Source: Trichoplax sp. H2 (lineage: Eukaryota). From it: a DNA stretch of 22,973 nucleotides. The stretch is taken from NCBI GenBank assembly GCA_003344405.1, contig NOWV01000102.1, forward strand, positions 248,001 to 270,973, written 5' to 3'. The notes beneath the pieces are model-generated. The model did no database searches. It was not told the DNA's origin and worked only from the letters and a program-made list of their open reading frames with translations. This document shows positions 1 through 10,481 of the stretch, piece by piece; within the stretch, counting starts at the first letter, position 1; each line of letters begins with the position of its first letter. The translations under genes were made by a program, and so were the position numbers.

Positions 1-3000
1 CGCGATTTAGATTCCTTTATATTTATACCATAATATACTTGTAGTTGTTAAATTAGTAAAGAATCAATAGATTGCTAAACTGAATTATTATTTTCCATTG
101 CTCCGAGTAATTTTGTGTTATTTTGTCGAACCAAAGTCAATCTTTTATGCAATTTTGTGATTTTGATTGAAGGCAGGATATGACTGTAACTGCTACCGTA
201 ATGACGTAAATAGCTAGGTACATGCCTGATTGATTAAGTAATTATTTGTGCGGTCTTATAGACATATAATATTGTATAACTTTGGAAAACTTGTTTTTAT
301 ATGGATATAGTATAAAGCAACCATACTAACTGGCACATCTAGTCTGCCAGAGATAATTATTTAACTAGATTTCTTATGCCGCTGCTTAATTTTTTAACTT
401 CCTTGGAAGATTGTCTGGTTGAGAATTCAACGATATCATATCCAGCATTAACATTTAAAATTAATTCTCTTGATTAATAACAACTATGTAGTCCAGTTGC
501 GTAACTTTTTCAAGTCTAATTCTGAAATTAAGGAGATATTATTTAAATAACCGTGATCGTGGAGGAATTAAAATTGTTCTTTAAAAATATGCCACAATAT
601 ATTGTGATTAATAAAATACGCGATAAAAGCATAAATGCCATTCAATTTTTAATAAATGCTGGTTAACTTGTCTACAATAACCTCTAATTTAAACGTATAA
701 AGGTTCTTTTAATATCATATGCCTTAAAAGTTCTACTAATCTCAGAGTCAAAATTTTGATTTAAAGGATATATCCTATTGAATATTTTAAAATCTATATA
801 ATCAGCAATATTTTTCACGGAAGATTATGCTCGTAAATTCCTACATGAAAAAGTTCAAATCCTTTTAACAAACTGTGGGTTCGCTAAAGCATAGTACTCT
901 ACAGTTCGTGTTTGCAATGGTTAAAACTACTATCATGCAATCAATTAATAATTTATCAACAATTTAAATGGTTGCCGATATTCATTCAGATATTACCCTA
1001 TCGTCAACCATAGTATTTTTAATATTGCTATAAATATACTATATGGTAGTGATTTCGTCATATACTGCGGGCAATGAGTAAATATATTTACAATGTGCAC
1101 TTAATTTTGTTCGTTGATATCTCGATCACCAATATCTTTGGTTAACTAATTACGAAATCGAATCTATGACAACAGTATAATTTGATGGAGCCCGTAATAG
1201 GAATAAAACATTAATTTAAATTCTTAATACTATACTACATATTTATCATCCCCTGATAGAAAGTCTCTTCTCAGTAAATAGTTCTCTTTCATTTAATATT
1301 ATTCTTCTTGTATTTCAATACTAATTAATACAATTTTTCCCTTACCATAAACACATCACGAATTTCAAATCGTATATGAAGAAATCCATCGATCCAACGA
1401 CAATCGCATGATTAGGATATACGTACGCCTAAAAAATTAAGTAAATGTAATCATTTGATTCTGTAATGATCTCAGCTAATTGTAGTAGAACAGTATGTGG
1501 CTAAGCAAACCTAAAATGATAGCAGGAGTCTATTATATGTTCATTACAGATTCATTAGCATTTCGCTTCTAATATTTTGCCGGAAAAATTTTAATTATTT
1601 TCATAGTATGTAAGTAAAATATTATTTACGTAGAAATAGATTGCCGAGGCCATCGTTTGTAGTTATTCTGCCAAGAATGTAGATAATGCAATTGTACTTA
1701 TTGAAACCTTGTCACGGCAAAAACTCTGTAAACTTAAACGCTGAAATATCTAAAACGCCCTCTGAAAAACCTACATATTATTCGCACTTTTAACAACTGC
1801 CATGCTTTATCATATTATTGCAAAATTTCGACTTTTACAGTATGTTCTTTATTCAGATGATTGAATATTTTATTACGTTCTAAGCTTCTGTAAATATTTC
1901 AACCTTCTATAACGGCGTTAAAGCTCTTTCCATTCGAAACCTTATTTTAAATTTTTAGCTAGAATTTTTAATTGTTTATATGAGAAATTCATTCCACTTC
2001 GAAGTGCACCTTGCCCAAATATTATTAACGGCAAATTGGGCTTAAATTGGGATCGTATACAGAATAATAAAAATCATTTCCTGATGAAAAATTATAGGGT
2101 GTAGCCATAAAAATGGGCAAAAACAATCGCATTAAGCAATATCGATGCTTTATTTAATTAATTGGACGATGTATGTTCAAAATACATCGTTATGATTGAT
2201 ATTAGCGATAGCAGAGGATCTGAATTCAAGTGGGAGAAATATTTTATAGCAAAATTAGGCGCTAGAAATAAACAGTAAGATTGAGTTTACTCATTGTTAA
2301 TATAATAAAGTCTTTATACAGCAACATATTTGCGTTATTTGGACTTTACGAAAGTGTTACTACAGTAATATCTACTGGGAAATATTGCTATGTAACGCTA
2401 TTCAATCTACAGAGCATGTGTTTAAAATTGATGTAATCAGCCAATTTCTATTGTAAAATACTTTTAATTGAAAATTCCATAAGAATTTGATTTGGAACAA
2501 ATGTAATAAAATTTGGAATTTAAAATAAAGGCAAGAGAGGAAGGTAGTTGTTATGGCTATGATGACCTATGATAATATTAAGATATTAAGACACCACCTA
2601 CCTATAATATTAAATCTCATAGATTATTAGCAAACTATTACACATTAGATTTCTTACAGTCATAATTTTCATATGTACCAATGCATCATATAATATGTTA
2701 TTCTTTTATTATTTCTTTCTTAACATTGTACGGTGCTGTGTGTAAGCCATATACAGTACTATAGTATAGCAAAGATAGTTTTGATTATCAAGACTAACTG
2801 CAGAAATTCGATATTAATGTAGTTTAATCTATGTCTGTTGTAATCGTTATTTGGTTCCTTGCAAACTAGTACTACATTAAGTAAGCGCAGCAAATATTAT
2901 ATTACCATTTCATTAAATCCAGTACACCAAATCTGGATTTGGAAACTGATTCAATTTTTTTCTTTATTAGCGATTATCGAGTATATCTAGATATCTTTGA

Positions 3001-3458
3001 GAGTGAAATTAGAAGACTTAAAATCCTAACGCAAGCTGTTGCGACTAGATCAATATCCTAAACATCCATTCCCGCTATGGCCACTGCAGGCAAGTTCATC
3101 TTTATGGGGATAAATAATTTTATTAAATCACGATGATGCTGTTACGACCAAACTCTTTCAGACTAGTACTTCCTAAACTACATTATTCTGCTACGCATCT
3201 TAGTCTCTATGCAAGCTATTATCGAAGATTAGGTTCTTGATTTCTTTCTAGAGTATCATGAGCAATCAGGATTTAGCGAGATTTTACTTCCAGAATTAAT
3301 CGTAGGACTTAAATTTTCGCAGTTGAGACTATAATTCCTATTTAGATATTGCTTCGAAATACTAGATAATGAAATTATTTCATTATTTTCGTTACTATTC
3401 AAAATTTAGGTACTTTTCAGTCGCAATTATGAGTTCTAGTCAATACTTCGAGCATCAA

Positions 3459-3821
3459 CGGTCGTTAGAAATATTTAAAAGTAAACTTAAACTCATTTAA
3501 TGTTATAATATCAGTTCAATCACAGATTTATTTACTCTGCGATGTGTAATTCACCATAAATTAGTTATAACTACTATGATTTATACTACTAGAGTAACGA
3601 ATATTTATACAGGATGTAATATATGATCAAAAATAACCATTACAATTAGATGCTATAACATTGTAGTAACTGTAGAATACACTTTATAAATTAAACAATT
3701 ATGGCAATTTTTAACCACCCATTATACTTACAGTAGCGATTTAAAGTATACCAATAAATATGTCTCTTATATTTTTATAACATTGCAAACTCTAAAAAAA
3801 TATATACATTAAGACATACAT
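3459..3821. repeat. Empty-site haplotype copy of locus A (allelic duplicate of 3842-4645 lacking the insertion)
   Basis: 3459-3613 matches 3842-3996 and 3614-3821 matches 4438-4645 with 4 substitutions. There is a single ACAGG at 3609-3613. The copy ends at an N gap. Its 363 bp equals 804 bp minus 436 (element) minus 5 (TSD). Confidence 0.93.
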
Positions 3822-3841
3822 NNNNNNNNNNNNNNNNNNNN
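3822..3841. other. Assembly gap (20 N)
   Basis: Run of N separating two versions of the same locus. Confidence 1.
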
Positions 3842-3996
3842 CGGTCGTTAGAAATATTTAAAAGTAAACTTAAACTCATTTAATGTTATAATATCAGTTC
3901 AATCACAGATTTATTTACTCTGCGATGTGTAATTCACCATAAATTAGTTATAACTACTATGATTTATACTACTAGAGTAACGAATATTTATACAGG

Positions 3997-4432
3997 TGTC
4001 ACAAACCAACTTCGTGACAAGTATAACGTAAAAACAAATCTCTAAATTACTATAGTCTCCGGGATTCAGTATCCCTACTTACAAGAATTTAGACGCCTTT
4101 GATTCTACGTTAAAACAACTATACAATTGAGAACTGCTTTATTCAACTATCTGACGGGTTTATATACCCTTCTACAGCAGCTAACATTCACAAGTCATCT
4201 TATAATAATACTTGGGTGAGAACATCTACTAACTAATTTTTCACAGTCGGACTACAATATGTCCATTCACAGAATCATTTCAGCACACATTACAGCACAG
4301 CAATAAATTTACTGTAACACATTTATAATTAGAGTAATTCCTATTGTAAGTAACTAGTTGTAATATAATATCACTATACTATATTAACCAAATTTAGATA
4401 GCTATTTCTTCACGGTAGTTCGTACCGTGACA
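3997..4432 (-). mobile_element. Solo-LTR-like element, copy 1 (436 bp), 5-bp TSD ACAGG
   Basis: Starts TGTCAC, ends GTGACA, flanked by ACAGG at 3992-3996 and 4433-4437. The empty site is seen at 3609-3613. Minus-strand TATATAAA (4159-4166) lies 15 nt before AATAAA (4138-4143). About 93-94% identical by manual alignment to 9405-9845 in inverted orientation. No ORF. Confidence 0.92.
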
Positions 4433-4726
4433 ACAGGATGTAATATATGATCAAAAATAACCATTACAATTATATGCTATAACATTGTAGCAACTGTAGA
4501 ATACACTTTATAAATTAAACAATTATAGCAATTTTTAGCCACCCATTATACTTACAGTAGCGATTTAAAGTATACCAATAAATATGTCTCTTATATTTTT
4601 ATAACATTGCAAACTCTAAAAAAATATATACATTAAGACATACATGATATCACTATATGTTCATAATTCTCAATTACAGCTATTTTGCTATTATACCAAG
4701 GAACAATAAAGACTTTGTCCTACGGC

Positions 4727-5124
4727 GGCTGTTATTTAGGATAATCATTTTCGACTTTACATATATATTAATATTACTATCGAAGACTGTTTCTAGTTAT
4801 TAACAATGTAATAATGATGAAAATCATCGCAGCTGGAATCGTAATATGTATTGTTACATCTATCTATATCTAATACCATTTGCCTGGAAAGATTTCTAGT
4901 AACATTTATGAATAATAGTATTAATAGCTATTGGCTGTTATAGAGGATAATGATTTTCGATTTTACACATATATCAACAGTGCTGTTAAATATCGTTTTT
5001 AGGTATTGTACGATGTAATAACGGTACAAACTGTTGCAGCTTGAAACATGACATGCTTCGTTACGTCTATATCTACTATCACTCTCTGGAAAGATATCTC
5101 ATGACATTTCTGTGTAATATTATT
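4727..5124. repeat. Diverged tandem duplication, 2 units, period ~206 bp
   Basis: GGCTGTTAT..AGGATAAT.ATTTTCGA.TTTACA at 4727 and 4933; colinear anchors ATGTAATAA, GCAGCT, GTTAC.TCTAT, CTGGAAAGAT, ACATTT. Confidence 0.85.
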
Positions 5125-8100
5125 TATTTATCGTTTAAGCAGAAATACGCCTAAATTATTCCTATGGATCAGCCTTAAACCAAAAAATATCAGATAAGTG
5201 CCAACTTTCATCCCCAAAGCAAATTAATCACTTTAACATTACAAATAATATTAAGAGAACAAAATATAGACCGATCTACTACACATTATATCGCTTCATA
5301 CTAATATATTACATTTAATACTACATATACTCAATGAAACATTCATGATAAATTCGTACATTTTGTTATAATTTGTAACTAAAAGATTATGCTATACATT
5401 CAAAATTGAGAATTTACCATTACCTCGAAAAATTAAACTATAAGTTAGATCAAAGGAACAGAATAAGAAAGCGAAACTAGCGCAGATAAGTTAATATCAT
5501 TTCAAAGGCCAAAAATTTTAATGAGTATTGTCTAATAAAAATCCTAATAATTACGGTATGAAAGTAGTGACTAATATTTATGTAATTACTATAATTCCAA
5601 ACAAAAATATTGCATTCGACTTATCTCTATGCAGATGATCCAATTATATTATTTAACGAGGGGACAACTATGAAAATCTTTCATCGTCATGGTAGCTATT
5701 GTATTCTAATGAAATTATTTCGTTAGCTCACATTAAATTCTTCGTCAATAATTAATTAGGTAAGGAAAGGATTTCTCTTAGTCTTCTTATTGTACTCTAA
5801 GAACTGGCAAAAGAACTTGGTTCAAAACCTCAATTAATCAGGTAATTAACATAAAAATTTATGAATTAATACAAAAATGGAAATAATAAAAATGACTATA
5901 ACAAAAACTAAAAATAACGACTTGCGTTTCCTATGACGCATTTATCAATTCTATGTACAGTATAAGTCCTACAATTATCTGAGAAGGCAATAAACTCATA
6001 TATTCTTACCCTAAACTGTAAATAGGCTGTAAAGTGTTAGGGATCATCAATTCGGTAAGGTAAGATTTGTTTCACAAAACCAGTTTTCCGACGATAATTT
6101 GGCCTGATTTAACTTGCAAGCGAAAGAGATCAATACAACACCCTTTTCATTATGAATTATTTTGTAAACTAAAAGATTTTTTACTCCGCGTTCTTATGAC
6201 TTTTCTTATAATTTTTAAATAAATGATAAGAATACAATTTAGATTTTTGCTCGATGGAATCATGAATTTATGATTCCTCTTCAAAGTATGTATAAAGCTC
6301 ATGAGTTATCCATATTATTACAGGATAGATAACTACTTTTCCCCTCAGCAAGTTCATTATATTTTTTGTCATGTCTGACGGAAATATTTATTCAGAAGAA
6401 TCTTTGCATCATTATAGATGTATCTATACAGAAGGTAAACGGTTTTTGTCAGATTAAAACTAATAACTGAAACGAAATTATTCTTATATTAATTGAAAGA
6501 AAATAACTCCAAAGCACTAATGTTACTATTACACAGCACTAGCTTGAGGCAAATAAAGACTGTAAAAGCGAATAACATAAGATGTTCACCTAATATTCGG
6601 TAACCAATTCGGTGATACTAGCTAAGATTAGAATATAGTGAGGTATTTGCAATAATTTATGCATTCATTTATATTTTAATTATTATTAGCTTTTTCAGCA
6701 GCAGGGTTACTAACTTGACATTAAAAGTAGATAATACGCTAACTATCGCTTCTGTAAATAAAATGTAAATTAATAATCGTTACTCATCCACCTATTCCTA
6801 TATTTTATGTCAAACTTATCTAGCTGAGCTAACCCCGAATAATACATAATAAGGGTTAAGTAATTATTTACCTGACAAAAACAGGTTGCAGATTAATTAT
6901 CTTATCAACCAAACAGCTTGTTCATGCACAATACTACTTTCCTACGCTATTAAGCAAGCGTACTTATTGATAATAGCACTAAGCATATTATAATAAGATG
7001 TCTTCCTGAATTTGGATCGTTATAAAGGAATCATCATTTCATCAAACGAATAAAATTGTACGAGCTTTGGCCAAGTACATTTCAGATGCTATCAAATTAA
7101 CTCTAGAAATGATTTTATAAATTCTTCTATTCTTCAAAATGGAACTTTTTCAGCAGTTATGAACGTATAATGTTAATATTAGCCTTTATAAATATTTCAA
7201 GAAGTAATATTGTCATATACGGTACTAGATTTAATTATTACAAAATTGAATTATTATAAAGTCAGGCTTTCTTCAAAAAACCTACAGTATATACTAAATA
7301 CCTTAATGCCTCTGTTGATGTGTATCATTCTTATAGTTGAAAAATTTTTATAGCTTATTAACAACCCACCATACTAGTGTATTATTTTCTAAATTAGACA
7401 ACGATTTCAGTGTAATTTCTTTCACGGTTCTAGAATTTAAATTCAATGTTTCGGTATATAAGTGTAATCGATTTAGCATAACCAACCTTTCAATACCAAT
7501 ATCTACTACCTAGCTGAAGACATGTATTAAAATCATGTAGCACCTGTACGATAAATTTATGCCATCTGCAAGATTTTTTACAATTGGTAGCACATTTCAT
7601 GATAAGAAAGTATTACGACGAATTTTTCACTATCTAGCTTTGCATATATATTTATAAAGTACACTACTGCATTGCTTCGAATATCGACGTAACTTTGACA
7701 CTCATACATCATTGATAACCTTAGAAAATTTTTAGCTCCAAAAAGTGAACAGTTTTGCATGTATTCTGTAATAACCACGCAATAGTCTACAGCTATTACT
7801 GTATCCTATATTTGGCTATCAGATACGGCTTAACTAGAGAATCCCAGTCTTATACTCGAAACAGTACAAGTGTGCCGCCTCATCTTATTAGCCACCTACA
7901 GTACTACTACAATTAGCTGAAATCATTACATATTCATCTAGCAATCGCGAAATATAGCATGTACTGGAACTAGTTACTGTCTAGTACTAATGCTATATTA
8001 TGATTCATACCTGTAATTCCGTTCTTTTATAACCCCTCGTTCAAATTTCTCTATAAAAGATAGAATTCGATTTTTTGTGTTTTCATTCTCCGTAAGCGAG

Positions 8101-8178
8101 CAGTACTCAGCCATTCCATACACTAGGACTAGTTAAGATCTAGTAGTCATGTTAATTAGCGATTTTTACTTTTAAATG

Positions 8179-8748
8179 TAGTCGTTTTTCGATCTGTTTT
8201 CGAATTTCTTTGCGAATATGATGCAAATATGTCAATGATGAAGTTTATTTTAAAATTTCAGCTCGGCACAGTAAACACTATAGTATTTATTTAATAAGGA
8301 TGAGAGACATCTTAACGTGAGTTTTGTGTAGAGCTATCGTATTTAATAGGACCAAGGACCCTGATATCTGGATTGAGTATCACAACTCTTTGATGCCGAG
8401 TAAGTACATCTATATAATAGATAGATGAATAAAGTTGATAACGAGATAGACTAGAATGTTTATCGTCTACAATTGTCGCTTGGCGATTTTATTATTATTC
8501 AGCCGTTTTTGATCTGTTTTAAAATTTTAATAAAAATAGCCGTAAATATATCAATGATAAAGTTTAAAATTTTAGTTCAGCACAACAAAGATACGAAATA
8601 CCTTAATATACGTCCTGTGTAGTCCTATTGTATCTTAATAGGACTAAGTGCCTTACTATCTAGATTGAGTATCATAACTATTTGATGTCGCGTAGCTAAA
8701 TCCATGATAGATATTTTTATGAAGTTAATAACGAAGTAGACTGAAATC
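8179..8748. repeat. Diverged tandem duplication, 2 units (~8179-8457 and ~8501-8748)
   Basis: Colinear anchors GATCTGTTTT, TCAATGAT.AAGTTTA, TGTGTAG, TTAATAGGAC.AAG, GATTGAGTATCA.AACT.TTTGATG, AAGTT.ATAACGA, TAGACT in both units. Confidence 0.85.
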
Positions 8749-9380
8749 TAGCCATTTTGCCACACAAAATTTAAAATATTACGGTAAATACCGTAATAGT
8801 TTTCATCTAGAAGCGTATTCAATACGAATAACTTTGGGTTCACTTGCATCTCCAATTTTGTTGTAAAAAATGCGAAAGATGTATTTCTCAAAAATTAGCA
8901 AGATTAGCAATTTAACTTGACCTCAGTTGAAGCAAAAAGATATTTATATGTATTAAAATATACCCTACGTTCCGGATGAATAGAATTTTAAATGAAAATT
9001 GAAGTTAATAACGATAATAGCAGAACAACGATTATAATGAATCGATGTTTTTACGGTCATCGCATACTGTGGAACAAATACTACTGCTACAAATCCCTAT
9101 CAAATCCACTCGCTAACAATAACGCTATTCCGATAAAAGACCAAAAACTGTAGATAAATAACATTTTTAAAACACTATAATTTTATATTAAGGCGTTAAC
9201 CTACCATTTTTCAATAATTTCAATCCAGCCATTGATTAATCCTTATTTTCCGGTCGTTTCTATATGTATTTTATATTAAGACATTCACCTATCATTATTG
9301 TATAGTTCCTATCCAACTAATGATCAATCCGTATTTTTCGGTTATTTCCATGTTAGGAATGGCCAGAATATTTACTTGCA

Positions 9381-9404
9381 TGTATATGTATATATATATA
9401 TACA
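9381..9404. repeat. (TA)n microsatellite abutting LTR-like copy 2
   Basis: TGTATATGTATATATATATATACA; its last 5 nt (ATACA) form the left TSD. Confidence 0.85.
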
Positions 9405-9845
9405 TGTTACGGTACGAACTACCGTGAAGAAATAGCTATCTAAATTTGGTTAATATAATATAGTGATAATATATTACAACTAGTTACTTACAGTAGGAAT
9501 TACTCTAATTATAAATGTGTTACAGTAAATTTAATGCTGTGCTGTAATGTGTACTGAAGTGATTCTGTGAATGGACATATTGTAGTCCGACTGTGAAAAA
9601 TTAGTTAGTAGATGTTCTCACCTAAGTATTTTTATAAAATGACTTGTGAATGTTAACTGCTGTAGAAGGGTATATAAGCCCGTCAGAAGTTGAATAAAGT
9701 AGTTCTCAATTGTCTAGTTGAGTTTAACGTAGAATCAAAGGCGTCTAAATTCTTGTGAGGTAGTTAAGGGATACTGAATCCCGGAGACTATAGTAATTTA
9801 GAGATTTGCTTTACGTTATCCTTGTCACGAAGCTGATTTGTGACA
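9405..9845 (+). mobile_element. Solo-LTR-like element, copy 2 (441 bp), 5-bp TSD ATACA
   Basis: Starts TGTTAC, ends GTGACA, flanked by ATACA at 9400-9404 and 9846-9850. Reverse complement of copy 1 with roughly 20 substitutions and 4 indels (net +5 bp). Confidence 0.92.
9671..9698 (+). promoter_or_regulatory. LTR TATA box (TATATAA 9671-9677) and polyadenylation signal (AATAAA 9693-9698)
   Basis: The same pair with 14-15 nt spacing is conserved in all three element copies, including the divergent one. Confidence 0.65.
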
Positions 9846-9891
9846 ATACATTACGATAGAAAGCGAATAAATAGAATCAATATAATGTTCG

Positions 9892-9899
9892 TGACGTCA
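9892..9899. promoter_or_regulatory. Consensus CRE/ATF palindrome TGACGTCA
   Basis: Exact octamer ~590 bp upstream of the GPCR 1 ORF; function not shown. Confidence 0.3.
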
Positions 9900-10293
9900 T
9901 TAATATTTAAACAGCGACGAGCCAGTCGATAGCTGTGAAATATTTGATATTTCTTATTATTAATTCGAAGATAGATAGTACAAATAGCAAGTACATAGCA
10001 AGTGATAATTAAAGTAGCGTATTAATATTTTCCATGCAACCATATATTCCATGGCAACGAATATAAATATAATATTATGCTTGTTACGTATTTATGAGTC
10101 CTACTGACATTTCCAGTTCAAATTATTCCTACGGTTAGTCTTTGATTTTTATTCCACCCATTAAGTTTTAAGTATTGTCGTTGATGGTTACATTTCTTCT
10201 GATCTTTTTTGACGTTTTTTATTATCATGTTCTGATGCTTGAGCAAATTAAAAGAATTGCATCGCTATTCGGTGGAAAATCTCAAGCAATCAA

Positions 10294-10312
10294 TTCATTT
10301 TTTATCTTGCAG
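10294..10312 (+). other. Candidate 3' splice acceptor in the 5' UTR of GPCR 1
   Basis: TTCATTTTTTATCTTGCAG|AT: pyrimidine tract plus CAG, 170 nt upstream of the first in-frame ATG. Confidence 0.45.
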
Positions 10313-10481
10313 ATACATTATAAGAAAATTAAACTCATAAAACTTTAATAGCTTATCAAAGGTATCTTCATGATAATGCTCATTGCCCTGCTACAATCGA
10401 ATTTCTATTCTGCTATAATATTAGAGTGAGATTTCTCTCCCCAATTGCTAGTTGTAATTGAGTCGTGAATTTTATCATCTT

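Noticed and set aside
1710-1775. TGTCACGG resembling an element terminus
   Set aside because: No matching GTRACA end with the expected AACCT duplication and no TATA-AATAAA module found.
2167-6277. Isolated short dyads (ACGATGTAT/ATACATCGT ~2167, AAATCCAG/CTGGATTT ~2915, GGAATCAT/ATGATTCC ~6256)
   Set aside because: 8-9 bp arms in AT-rich DNA are expected by chance, with no shared sequence or context.
7578-7778. 66-aa minus-strand ORF
   Set aside because: Non-ATG start, short, no recognisable motif.
3997-9845. Copies 1 and 2 as long terminal inverted repeats of one ~5.8-kb DNA transposon
   Set aside because: Each copy has its own distinct TSD, copy 1 has its own empty site, and no transposase lies between them, so they are independent insertions.
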